From Diadema antillarum (taxonomy: Eukaryota): a DNA stretch of 64,000 nt. The position numbers and the translations under genes are program-made. A model generated the notes under the pieces. It was given only the letters and a program-made list of their open reading frames with translations, was not told the DNA's origin and made no database searches. Location: NCBI RefSeq assembly GCF_040938485.1, contig NW_027271016.1, positions 1,780,436-1,844,435 on the forward strand, read 5' to 3'. Positions 14,570 through 26,648 of this stretch are shown one piece after another. Every line of letters starts with the position of its first letter. Within the stretch, counting starts at the first letter, position 1.

Positions 14570-15660
14570 GAAAAATCATGCACACGAGGGTGTTGATAGG
14601 GGCATATCCCCTCCCACACGAAGGTGATTTTGTGTTTTCAGACCTGAAATTCAGCGATCTGGTGCAAATTTTTGGTGCAATACTTTTTCATCGAAGTGTT
14701 AAAATCACGGAATTTAGCTCTTATTCCGAATGTGCATCGCTGTGTGTATGTACAAAGTCTAGTGAGGTAGAGCTTAGGGGAAGGGGGATTCCCCCTCCCG
14801 CTCGCGGAGCTTTTGCGTTTTTAGAATTGAAATAAAGCGATCTGGGGCACACTTTTTGTGGAAAATTCGGAAATTGTCATTCCCAAAAATGTACTAAGTC
14901 TATAGTGGGTAACAAGCAATGAATGGGTGGCAAGATACCTCTCCCATATTCAAGGGAGCCTCTTTTTTTTTCAGTTTTAAGCTTTTAGAACTGAAATTCA
15001 ACAATCTGGCGCACACTTTTGTTGAAATATCTGGAAATTTGTCAATCAGAAGAGAAGTGTAGCAAGTCTGTGGAAGGAGATTTTGTATGATTTTCTGATT
15101 GCAGTTAAACGTTTTGGTGCACACATTTTGTGTCATATTTGGAAAACTGTTTATGTTCAAAGTGTAGCCAAAGTCTACTTCTATGCATGGCGGGGGGGGG
15201 GGGGGGGGGAGGGGCGGGCTAGCAGGGAGAAGGCGTGGGCGAGTGTTATCTCCACCCTTCCCTTACGATGGAGCTTTTGCTTTTTTAAGGTTGAAATTGA
15301 GATATCTCGTATACGCATATTTGATGGAGTATTTGGGAAATCACAAACAAACAAACAAAAAACTGACTGGGGGGACTGAGGGAGGAAGGGGTCGATTAAA
15401 AGGGGAAATTTCCCTTATACATGAGGGCAGTTTGAGTCTTTGGAATATAAGTGATAAGTCTTGTGCACTCAGAATTATTCATAATTTTTTGTAAATCTAA
15501 AAAGTGTACTAAGCTAGGGAAAGAGGCACAGAGGGGGAGGGTTTGGGAGGGGGATACCCCCTCCCAAGCACGAGAGATTTTGCATATTTTGAATTGAAAT
15601 TCAACGATCTGGTGCACACTTTGAGTGAAATATTCATAAAAATATGATATTATTCGATGA
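14570..15660. repeat. Second, more diverged satellite (about 170-bp unit, at least 6 copies). Each unit has a GGGGnnnCCCC palindromic core followed by ..TTTTGCnTTTTnnGAATTGAAATTCAnCGATCTGGTGCACACTTT..
   Basis: The GATCTGG[GC]GCACAC anchor recurs at 14660, 14838, 15005, 15110 and 15606. Poly-G tracts lie at 15190-15212 and 15755-15775. Confidence 0.6.
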
Positions 15661-16822
15661 AAGGTTGCAAAGGAGACCCGCTTCATGTGCATGCATACAG
15701 TATACACGCATTTTTTTTCCGCCTCCCAAATCCCCGGTCCAAATCTTGGGGGGGGGGGGGGGGGGGGGGGCGACCGCCCCCATCGCCCCCTGGCTACGCC
15801 AGTGACGAAACGCAGGTCTGTATGTATGTAGTTGTTTTTGTCGCTGTTGCTATTATTTAAAGGTCGACGTCAGTACGCAAAATGCCATGCAGGAGAAGTT
15901 TATTATTATTATTATCATTTTTAATCGATAGATGACAGCAAATGTGACTAATCCACGCCAATCGCTGATCCAACAAGGACTGACGCCAAGACGTTGTGGG
16001 TTGCTCCGCTTCTGTGCAGAATCGCGATTGCGCTATTGTCCTCTACATGTACACCGCTCACAAAGCCCAATTCAGCAAAATTTGAGAGTGAAATCAGTAA
16101 GAACTCGCTTTGCACAGGCCATATACTTAGTAATCAGCAAACACTGAACGATTCTCTCCCTGCCTTTCATCGAGACATTGCATATTCCATAGAAGACTTT
16201 GATGAAAATCAATTCAATTCATTTATTTTCATACTTCTCATTTATGAATATTACATCAGAAATAATACTACAAGTTCTTTTACCTTGTCAACAATGTGCA
16301 AAAAACAACCAATATACATGGTAATAACACAGCAATTGTAATGATAACTGGTCGAAATCGAAATTGGGTTGAACAAAGATAAGTATGTCGGGACCTACAT
16401 GAAAGCAAGCTTGTTTGGCTGTAAGCTCAAAGTAATCAGCGTTTGTGAAAAAGAAACGGAGAACGGATAGAAGATTAGACCAGGCGATTAATAGTACCAA
16501 ATAAGAGAAGCGGGGTATGCCTATATGTGATTCAAAAAAAAAATAATAATAATAAAAAAACCACCAAACCAACTAGTATACTAACAATGTGAACCGTTAT
16601 AGTGACCGAGCTGTCATTCGTTTTCCGGAGTAGAACATAGGGCCTACTTTGGTATACACTTAACTAAACTGTTGGGGCATTAAAACTATCACAAAGTTAT
16701 ATTTAGTAAAACCAAGGAGGTACTAGGCAAAGCCTAGTACCTCCTTGGTAAAACACAGAGAGTGACGTGTACAGTTATTCAGCCATTTGTTGCCTGGCAT
16801 AAGCTCCTCAATAAATCAATTT

Positions 16823-17616
16823 ATTATATGCCAAATTGAAGGTAATTTAATTGGTTATCAAAATAGTAGGTCAATATAAAGGGAACGTTTACGCATGAGT
16901 GAACACATTCGTTTTTGTCCTCCAAGGCACAAAGGTAAAAATTTCAAAAATTGACATGTTGTCTTTCATTTGGAAATGCCCTTCAAGATAACAATGATAA
17001 CAAACGACCAATCTTACACAATGGGAGACATGAATAAAATAGCAAAAAATTAATAAGTTTTCGTTCTATCTCTTTATAATCTGAAACAAAATCAAAGTTG
17101 GGAATTCAAGGGGAAAATAAGAATTTTCTGTCAACTCAAACTTCAAATGACATAGGGAGTAAGGGCACAAAGATGATTGAAAATTAATCTTTAATTCATT
17201 CTTTTCATTTAGTAATTTAAGAATTCATGAGACAAATTAAAGAATCAAATATTATTTACAATTTTCCTAATTTGAGATTCCTACAATTTTTTTATACTGC
17301 TTCTTCTCTCATTTTTTCAATATTCTTCATTTCCTTCATTATTTTAGCCTTTATTGATCTTTTGGGCTTCAGAGATATTAAAGCTTTATTTTTGCAACTT
17401 AATTCATGATTTTATTGCGCTGAATTTGTCCTTTTTTCTTATTGTCACATGGAAGAGCACTTATGAAGAGCACGCATGAATGACCACTTGCTAATTTTTG
17501 CATTTTTTTTACTTTTGTGCCTTTGAAGAGAAAAACGAAGGTGTTCACTCATGCGTAAAGTTTACCTTTTTATTGACCTACCAGGATGATAACCAATAAA
17601 ATCACCTTATTTGGTA
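16823..17616. mobile_element. About 0.8-kb non-autonomous TIR element (about 130-bp TIRs: ..GCCAAAT..GGTTATCA..TAGGTCAATA..TTTACGCATGAGTGAACAC..)
   Basis: 16826-16960 is the reverse complement of 17485-17615 with small indels. The interior is AT-rich. Confidence 0.5.
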
Positions 17617-20600
17617 TAATACATTAACTTTTAGTCAAATGTTCTATGAGAAATACATTATCTTTTAGTCAAATATTCTATGAGAAATACATTGCATAAA
17701 CTTGAAAAAGTGTTTACTTTTTTTTTGCCGAGCGTCTCGATATTATGTATTTATACACGCGCGCATTATTTTATAAAGTGGAGGTTAAGCATAACTGTAA
17801 CGAGTATCACTGTAATAGGTGTGAAAGTATGATTGCATTCGCAGTGTACTCGTAAAGTATGGACTGACGTACACATGGGGTGCCTAATCTGTTGAAATAT
17901 TTATATGGTGGATCCGTAGCGTGAAGTTGGGACCGATTATTTCACACTCAATAAGCAAGTTGTGAGAGAAGCACCATTGAGGGCCCCGGTGTGAAAAAAG
18001 GCGATTGGAAAACAGTGCATTTATTATATGAACAGCTACAGGCCATTTCTCGAGACATAACGTGCCAAGAATTTCTTCGAGTCTTGGGTTCATTTGAAAT
18101 TAGGAAAGTTGAATGTACGCATCTTGTGAAACGTGGTTATATGAATTACAATGTCCTCCACAACGCTTCAAGGACTTGACTATGATGTAACTCCAATGGT
18201 TTACGTGAATCCCTTTTAGACAGCCAAGAAGATTAATAAAACTCCACAGAGGTATTGACATTGTCGTGACAGTCGCTTATTACTCTAGGGTCATTCGCCT
18301 ATGATGCTGCCGCGAATCGACCAGTCGGTGGTTCCTTTGAGGTTATTCCTCCAGCCCAGGGTCACGAAGGGCGTACGGCATTTCGTTTCGCACACAATCT
18401 CTTTAGGATGCAGGGGGTCCATCTCTGCACCGCGTTTATTACTCGCCAACCAACGTGTTATAGATCCCTGCGAAAACAGGTCTACCGTGATCGTGTTAAT
18501 TACATCATTGCTGAATAATTTCAAGCCCGCAATGTTCTCCTTTTTTTTTCTGTCTGTCGCCCTCTCTTCTCTTTTCTCTTCATTTTCTCTCATCCCCCCC
18601 CCCCCCCCCGTTGTCTTCTCTCGTACGTTCTTCCTCTACAACTTTTTTTCACCTCTCTTTCTCTACCTCCTTTCTCCCTCTCGCTCTCTTTCTTCGTTCA
18701 GTACCAGGACAAAAAGCAAATATTTCACACAGATATGGGATCGAGCCTTGGGGGCGCTGCTAGGATCATAGAATTGAGCGCATCCCGTTCCTGCAATTGG
18801 ATGACACATATCACTGCATCACCCCTGGAGGGCGCGGGGCGAGATAAGAGAGGGAGGGGAGACAATCATGTACTCATGATATTATGGAAGCATCACGCCG
18901 TGCTGAAGCGCGGAGGGCCGTAGAGAAATCTAGAGCAATGTGACATACTGCTGCGCGCAGTCGAATGAATGGGATACCTCCTCCGCCGCCTTCCCACGCA
19001 ATCACTCGATCTGGGTAAAACTGACGACCCCTCGTTATGTAAAGATGAGGAAAATTCATTATCATGATCTTTGATCACGAGGATTGACCTTCAACTTCTA
19101 GTGTTTGAAATCAGCACTTTCCAAATAATTTTTATCCTTACCAAACCATGTTCTCATCAATATTATTTTTACTGTCCAAGCTGTTTGATAATATTAAAAT
19201 AATATCTACGTTAATGATAATAATGTTTATATCTATAAAATAATGCGATACTGTTACCTATAGCTTATCTCGCCCTTTTCAACCTGTGCTTCATTCAGTC
19301 CTTTTGGAGCAGAAAATCATTATTTATGCAAGTTTATCATCTTGTGGATGGTGACTATAAAGAAGTATACAATTTCATGAAGATCTCAGTTTCACAGAGA
19401 ATCATTGCAGTACTTCCGTCAAGTTTGCGTGGAAGTTCCAAGTTATGTTTGGGTAAGGTGGATCTTCTCGCCCCCTGGTTTGGCTTGTTCCAGTCTCTGC
19501 AGTGCACACACTTTTTCAGTTGGAAGGGAGGATGAAACTGTGAATTGGTCACTCATTAGTTTGTTTACTTGTTTGTTTGTTATATTCTCCTTCCCCATCT
19601 CGGAATATCGCTCTTGAACAAGATTTGATTTGTATATGGTAACTTAATGTTCTGCCTCTTTTTTTTTTTTTTTTTTTGTTCTTTTTTTCAATTCCTCTAC
19701 ATTGTTCAGTGATTGCGTTATCCCAATCAAGTTGATTGTTGTAAATAGTGTGATTCTGTATAATTTTTCAATAAAACATAAATTTAAAAAAAAAAGTTCC
19801 GACCGTAAATGTGTTTATTAAAGAATATACCTGTATAAAACAATGCACTGAAAAGTAAACACATTACACATTCTTCTTCTCACCCCCAGAACCCAATCTC
19901 AAAAAAAAGGAGAAAAATAAGTTTGTTTTTTTACACACTTGTGAGCATATATATCACAAACAAAGCTTACAAAAATGCACAAGTAGCAAGCAGAATCAAA
20001 GTTGCATTTCATTCTATTAAGTTTTAATCTGTATTGAGACATTATAAATATACATCCATTATCATAGACTTATATATACACATACATATATTATCTGACA
20101 GCATAATTCTCTGGATGTCCACAAGTACTGAAATTAATGATAATGGTACAGCCGACTCCCGATTTATCAAGTCCTTGGGACTGGCAGTTTTCTTGTGTAA
20201 TACTAAAATTTTGTTATAACCAAACAAAATCAATAAACAATAAAAAACGAAGAGTGGATGATGTTGAGGTCTGAATTTTTACTTCATTGTAACTGGAATT
20301 TCTGTTATAGCTGTGTTTGTTATAATGGGAGTACACTGTCATGACAATGATAATGAAAATGACAATGAAACAGACATTCTTCAGAGAATGATAGAAATAG
20401 GGAGAGTAACATTTTTGCAACGCGGACGTTCAAAGAAAAAAAAAAACTGTTCTGAGGATATGCAGAATCACTTGTCAGAATTGATCCATTTATAGCCCGT
20501 GTTGTCTGAGTTTTCACAATGTGTTCTAGGTTATTTGTATGTCCGCTCAGCTCATGGCACAGAGAGCTACTCGATGCACCAATCATATGGGGGGTGCCAT

Positions 20601-21231
20601 TTTAACTTAAATATAAAAAAACAGATTGTGTCCTCGCGTAATCTAAACAACGCAGGGAGAGAGGAGAACATCCAACACAATAGTCTCAAACGTCCGCATC
20701 GCAAATCTAGAGCTCCCTAGTGATAGATGTCCTAGAAGATACTGTAGACAATAAAAACTGGACAGCAAGTGACACGAGTACTGTCTTCCACAGAGACTTT
20801 AATGACCTAAAAAAATAACAATAAAAAAAAAATATCAAGGTGTTGCACAGGCAGGACGGAAATATCATGTACGATACACTGTTTATCACACACAGAAAAC
20901 AAAGTTAGAAGGCAAACAAACAAAAATCGCACAGCACATAAAAAGCACATTCAACTATTCCTTCAGTTTATTTGTTTAACCAAAAGTGACACTGCTGACA
21001 GAGTGGTGGGTCTTGTGTACCAAGTGAAGCATTCATTCTGTAGAGTACTACCTGAAACATGGTGTATCTCGGCTAATCAGATGATGATTGGTTGATACGA
21101 GGGGATGATAAACACCCCTTCTGCATTTGGACTGCCAGGTGCTTCATCACTAATACCTTTAGAACTCACACGTAATGATCTTCCTCATTTCACATCTGGA
21201 CATCAAGTGATTCCATGATCACTACCATCTG

Positions 21232-21690
21232 AAGAAGGAGTAGGCAGAGTGGAGAGAGAGAGGAGGTGAGGAAGAAGGAAAAAGATAATAGGAGGAAGGA
21301 AAGGAGGAGGGAAGAAGAGGGAAGGGAGAAGGTATGAGAGAAGGAGAGGAAGTGAGGAGAACGAGGAAAAATAGACAATGGGAGGAAAGGAGGAGGAAGG
21401 ACAGGAGGCAAAAGAAAAGGGGAAGGGAAGGAAGGAGGTAGGAGAGAAAAAAGGGAAATGGGAAAAGGGAGGAGAGAAAGAAAGGAGAAAGGAGAAAGAA
21501 AATGGGAGGAGGAAAGAGGATGGAAAGAAGGGAAAAGGGAGGGGAGAGGAAGTGAAGAGAAAGGAACAAGTAGAGAATTATAGAAGGAGGAAGTCAAGAG
21601 GCAGGACAAAAGAAGGGTAGATGGGGGGGGGGGGGAGACAGGATGAGGGAGGGGAAGAAGGAAGGACAAAGGGAGGCAGAAGGGGAGGGG
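21232..21690. repeat. About 460-bp polypurine/polypyrimidine tract (GGA/GAA/AGG-rich, more than 95 percent purine on the + strand)
   Basis: Seen directly. It produces the spurious 255-aa S/P/L-rich ORF 21190-21957 on the minus strand. It lies 0.4 kb downstream of the RNF32-like stop codon. Confidence 0.85.
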
Positions 21691-22090
21691 ATTCTTGTCT
21701 CTAGAGGTGATAACTATCATTTCCTCACCTCCCTCTCCTTTCCTACACTCTTCATGTCTAACATCTTCTAGCATTTGCAACAGTACCAGACTAACATGAA
21801 AGACATTGAGAAACCGCACAGTGAGGGATACAGTGAAACCAGAGGGAGATACAATATGTGCATTCCTCTTCTTAGCTCCATCTCGCACCTGTCTACCCCC
21901 AGAGGCCTGTGGTGAGATGCCACATTTCCTTTTCTCTTTACTGAGAGAAAGTGGCATTTCTCATTAGCATACTTTCACATCTTCCGAACATGACTCCGAT
22001 GTCTCGATATTCAGTCAGTTGGGGCACTGGGTCAGGTCATTCAACGTCGCCCCACCTCCACCCTTCCACCATGTTCTCTAACCACAACCA

Positions 22091-22330
22091 TCACGACTCC
22101 TGGAGGACCCTTTTTTGGTAGCCAGACCGGCAGACGGGGCAGATCTTGTGCTCGCCCAGGGACAGCTCCTCGAAGGCCTGCAGGCAGCACAGGTGGAAGA
22201 CGTGTGTGCAGGAGAGGAGGACCGTCTTGCGCTGCCCACGCCTGGGAGAATCTACCTCCTCGTTGCCCTCAGCGATGTTTCCTAGCGACATGATGCAGAT
22301 GGGACAATCCTTCTCTCCTCTCTCTACCGC
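22091..22330 (-). CDS. RNF32: RNF32-like terminal exon: AVERGEKDCPICIMSLGNIAEGNEEVDSPRRGQRKTVLLSCTHVFHLCCLQAFEELSLGEHKICPVCRSGYQKRVLQES* (complete RING-H2 finger 2)
   Basis: Acceptor ccccatgcag|, 80 codons ending in TGA at 22091-22093. C-x2-C...C-x-H-x2-H-x2-C...C-x2-C spacing is a textbook RING-H2. Confidence 0.7.
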   Translation of the reverse strand, partial: AVERGEKDCPICIMSLGNIAEGNEEVDSPRRGQRKTVLLSCTHVFHLCCLQAFEELSLGEHKICPVCRSGYQKRVLQES

Positions 22331-24227
22331 CTGCATGGGGAAAAAAAAATTTAACATCGAAATCAACTGAGACTGAGTACAGCTCCTTTCAAGTTGAGAA
22401 GGTGACTGGCGATGTTTAAAGGGAAATTCCAGACCACTTAAAGGTGTGTCTGAAAAGAATGAGTAAAATGTGGCAGGCACAAAAGCGAAAATTTGATAAA
22501 AAATGGATCAAAAGCAAGGGAGTTAAGAAATTTCAAAGATTTGCTTATTTTTGTATTACGGTTCTCAAACAGTTGATCTGAATATGTAATGAGTGAGCTT
22601 ATGATGTTATCATCTCACAATATTCCATTAATTGTGTACCAAAAAATGGCACAAATTCAATTTTTCTGGTTTTTAAGTATAGAATATGTTACTCCTGATT
22701 GAATAACTTCAAAGAAAACATCAGTCAGATATATGGGCATAACTGTGTTTGATGAAAAGCCTGGAAATTTCATGAGTTTATGTACATACCGTGTGGAAAA
22801 TTGTGAGAGGATGACATCATCCACTCACTATTTGCATATTCATATTGACCGTTCCAGAACTGTTTTGTAAAAATTAGTGAAATTTCTCAATTCTTAATTT
22901 TGACATCACAAGCTGTTGTAGTCTTCTCATCTAGCAGTGACTGAGAAGAAACTTCAAAAATTCACAACTTTTGAATGGATTGTCTGATTTTTCCCAAACT
23001 TTCATTGTGTTCTACTAATATTGCTGCATTCACTCAATCTACATGTCTATGAAGGTGGACTTGTCCTTCAATGTCCGAGAAATTTGTACATCACAGTATC
23101 ATACCAGATAACCACTGAATTTACATCCTAACTTGTGATTGAAAGAATAGGGAGACAAGATCTTGGCTTTAACACTCAAAATATGCAATTTGAGTGTCAA
23201 AGCCTCTCAAAAGGTGTTACACTATCAACATCAGATGATGACCAATTCACCTTGAGCATGTTCTTGTTTTTTTTTCCTGCCTCCCAAAAATGGCACAATT
23301 TACATTTTGCCCTATGTTTACTTCCCCTCCTCCCCCTGTAATTTAATGAAAAAGTGAAAAAGGAAAAAGAGAGAGGGAAAAAAAATGGTTTGCAAGCAGA
23401 TGCCCCCGCCTGGCAGAGTTCCGGTGGGAGGAGGAGGAGGAGGGACGGATGGAGGAAGTGATGGAGGAGGGTGAACGACAAGGTCACGGGAGGTCATCCT
23501 CCTTCCAAGAAGCCGCATTGGCTTGAAGGGGGGGGGGGGGGGGGGAGGGGGAGGGGGGAGGGGGATGTCATCTGAAAGATGCAGACTACTGCCTCCACTT
23601 TGATAAGAGGCGATTGGGGTCGTGAGGGGGAGACAGATGGGTAACAGGAAGAGGAAATGGCTTGCACATGCACGGCTTGGTTTGTCCTTGCCTAAAAAGC
23701 AAACGCTAGGCATCTGTTGTTGTTGTTGTGTTTTTTTTGGTGTTTTTTTGACAGGTCTAAAATTACTGCATGTGCAAATGCTTATTGAATGTGACAGCTG
23801 AAGTGACACACATGGTAGGATGGACGCAACATTTCCATTTGCTACATTTAAACCAAAATGCACGTACATCAGAGGATGATATCTCATCTCTAAATATAGA
23901 GCCCACATAGCTTTGGATGAAGCAGGGGCGGATCCAGGAATTTCGTAAAAGGGAGGCGCCTTTGCAAAATTTAAGGGGGGTGCACGCACCCCCCATTTTT
24001 TTCTTTTTATTTCTTTTAATCAAAAATAAAGAGGGGGCACGCACCCGGTGCGCTCCCCTCTGGATCTGCCACTGTGAAAGCATGAATTTCTGCCCATCGA
24101 CGGCCTCGCAGTGCACTCACTCACATTCATTTTGCTACAAGTTTCGTCATCTATCATGACAGCCAGCACAAAAATGTTCCCTAATCTCAAACAGATATTT
24201 CCAGTACTAGTATATTATATGTGCATA

Positions 24228-24476
24228 TCGTCGCTGGGGCGACAAGACCTCGTATCTACGTAATGTCAAATGTTCAGGAGAGCCAAAAAACATGGCGGCC
24301 AAAGCACTGTGGCGAATGGGATAGCTTTTCCTTTGACATGCCATGGTGGCTTCATTTTTGGAGTAAGACAGTTGGGATTTGGACAGGACATCACTTAACC
24401 CATTATTTGACCATTAATCCGAAAAAGTCATTTTCACCAAAATTGCAGATACAAGGTCTTGTCACCCCAGCGACGA
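24228..24476 (+). mobile_element. 249-bp MITE, copy 1 (33-bp TIR TCGTCGCTGGGGCGACAAGACCTCGTATCT, TA flanks)
   Basis: Terminal inverted repeats are seen directly, with TA at both ends. ORF 24221-24481 falls inside it and is spurious. Confidence 0.6.
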
Positions 24477-24523
24477 TATAGATGTATGTATCTACATACA
24501 TACATATACATACATACATATAC

Positions 24524-25412
24524 AGTCAAACCTGTCTTAGCGGCCACCTCTCTATAGCGGCCACCTGCTTATAACGGCTACTGAAAATCCCCCGAACGCA
24601 ATTGCTGTATTATAGACCCTTTATATAGCGGCCACCTGCCAACGCGGCCAGCGGCCACTCATTTTGTTTCCCGTGGTGAATATCAACCTGCCTATAGTGG
24701 TCACAAAAACTGAGTTGATCCATTAAATCAGCAATGAGTACAATGTCTTTTACGTTCATTGCGTGATGTCTACCGAGTCCTAGCTCAGTCACAATCACAC
24801 AGACATGATTGACAAAATTAATGCAGCTCTTTGCCACGAAAACCCGTCTTACCGCAAACTTGACTAGATTAGATCTAGGCTTCAGAAAAGCAGCCCTGAA
24901 TAGCTGCTACAAAGGCAAAGAGAACTCCTAATAACAACTTAGACTGTTACCGAAATGCAGACTAATTAGTGTTAATCCCTTTGAGTAAGGACAACATGGT
25001 ACCTGTCTGGGTATTGTTTCTATAGTTTACGTAAATTTTACACCTTTTTAATCCTCCATCGAACTCAGCTCTCGTGAACCCCGTTCATGCAAACCGGTAG
25101 GGATGAACCACAGCACTGCTCAGGCCCGAAATATTATTTTTAACATCAAAAGAATAGAAGGAGGCAATGAGAAAAAAAAATGAAGTGAATTGTACAACGA
25201 AAATCCCCATAATAGCAGAGCTGCTGCATATGCAAACTTAAATGTTGTTGTTGTTGTTTTTTTTAAAGAATAACATGCGGTATTTTCGGCTATCATAAAA
25301 TGCAAGTAATGAAATTCAAAATGGCCGCCGACCTGTCTATAACGGCCACCTGTCTATAGCGGCCACTTTTGTTGTTTCCCTTGGGTGGCCGCTATAGACA
25401 GGTTTGACTGTA
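24524..25412. mobile_element. About 0.9-kb TIR element (TIR TATACAGTCAAACCTGTCT[A/T]TAGCGGCCAC..) lying between the two inverted MITE copies
   Basis: 24524-24600 is the reverse complement of 25330-25412. Its right terminus abuts MITE copy 2 through a shared TA. (CATA)n microsatellites lie at 24481-24523 and 25806-25895. Confidence 0.5.
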
Positions 25413-25420
25413 TACACATA

Positions 25421-25669
25421 TCGTTGCTGGGGTGATAAGACCTTGTATCTGCAATTTTGGTGAAAATGACTTTTTTGGATTATTGGTCAAATAATGTGTT
25501 AAGTGATGTCCTGTCCAAATCCCAACTGTCTTACTCCAAAAATGAAGCCACCACGGCATGCCAAAGGAAAGGCTATCCCATTCGCCACAGTGCTTTGGCC
25601 GCCATGTTTTTTGGCTCTCCTTAACATTGGACATTTTGTAGATACGAGGTCTTATCGCCCTAGCGACGA
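25421..25669 (-). mobile_element. 249-bp MITE, copy 2 (same family, inverted orientation, about 90 percent identical)
   Basis: Reverse complement of copy 1. ORF 25392-25676 is nearly the same peptide as ORF 24221-24481. TA flanks. Confidence 0.6.
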
Positions 25670-25857
25670 TATACAATAGAAAGGGATTGGCCTGAAATGA
25701 AAGGAAACATAATGACCATTTTTTAGTCAGGCTACCAACAGATAACCTTTTAGAACATTTGGTGCCCCAACATAAACTTTTAGTGGTCCAAAGTCACAGC
25801 TAATGTCGAGCCCTGCTTTCACGCATACATACATACATTCATGCATACATACATACA

Positions 25858-25891
<34 letters not shown>

Positions 25892-26267
25892 CATGTACAG
25901 GTACATACAGTCAACCTTGCCTAAGTCAAATCTATTTGGACTGAAGAAGTAGCTTTGATGTAGAGAAAATTTTACTTAAGAGGGATTAAAATCAATAGCA
26001 TATAAGAGAGGACTTGCGAGGTCGACTTTAATAAGCAAGGTTGACGGCAGGTACATATATATATACCCAAATACATACATGCATGCATATATACAACACT
26101 GTACATACATACAATAATCATGCAAACAGTATCAATGCACAGGTAGATGAAATGACAGACAGACAAAAAGAAGGAAAATAAGAACAAATATGACAGCATC
26201 AAACACAAAACAAAACAAAACAAAACAAATCAGCTAATGTATCATACGGACTGAAGACATGATTTAA

Positions 26268-26648
26268 AGGGATAGTACAGTTTTGGTGGAGGTGAGAATT
26301 TGGCTTTTAAATTTTTGCGAGATACCAAGAAAACACTTATGAAATAGTACAGAGCATACCATTTTAAGAGGAATTCAAAGTTTACTTGATGGAAATCGGG
26401 TTTGGAATGACGGAAACATCCAAAAACAAGGTAAAACAAAGCGATCGTGTGAAAGTGTGGGTCCCACACTTTATTAGAATCGCTCTTTTTGGATATCTCA
26501 GCTATTTCAAAACCAATTTTCATCAAATAAACGTTGAATTCCCCATAAAATTACATGCCCTTTCATATTTCATAAGAGGTTTTTCATTATCTCACAAAAA
26601 AATGTTAGAAATCTGAAGTTAGGTCTCAACCGAAACTGTACAATCCCT
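26268..26648. mobile_element. 381-bp foldback MITE, copy 1, TTAA target duplication (termini AGGGATAGTACAG / CTGTACAATCCCT)
   Basis: The element is self-complementary end to end. TTAA lies immediately on both flanks. It sits in an intron of the RNF32-like gene. Confidence 0.65.

Noticed and set aside
13523-15860. Numerous overlapping 60-150-aa ORFs on both strands with P/G-rich peptides
   Set aside because: They lie in the satellite arrays. The periodic recurrence is due to the 273-bp and about 170-bp repeat units and G/C homopolymers.
18301-18771. 156-aa + strand ORF in the CpG-rich region
   Set aside because: Its C-terminal two-thirds is poly-S/L/F/P from a CT-rich tract and C20 homopolymer. 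Only the region's CpG richness is retained as a finding.
21190-21957. 255-aa ORF (minus strand), the longest non-TE ORF in the track
   Set aside because: It is entirely S/P/L/F low complexity, generated by reading the 460-bp polypurine tract in reverse. It has no start context and no domain.
23318-23989. 223-aa ORF rich in poly-P and poly-G
   Set aside because: Driven by the G24 homopolymer and (GGA)n at 23400-23570. Low complexity, no start context.
24221-25676. Pair of about 90-aa ORFs with nearly identical peptides on opposite strands (apparent duplicated gene)
   Set aside because: They are the two inverted copies of a 249-bp MITE with its own 33-bp TIRs. The peptides are chance reading frames.
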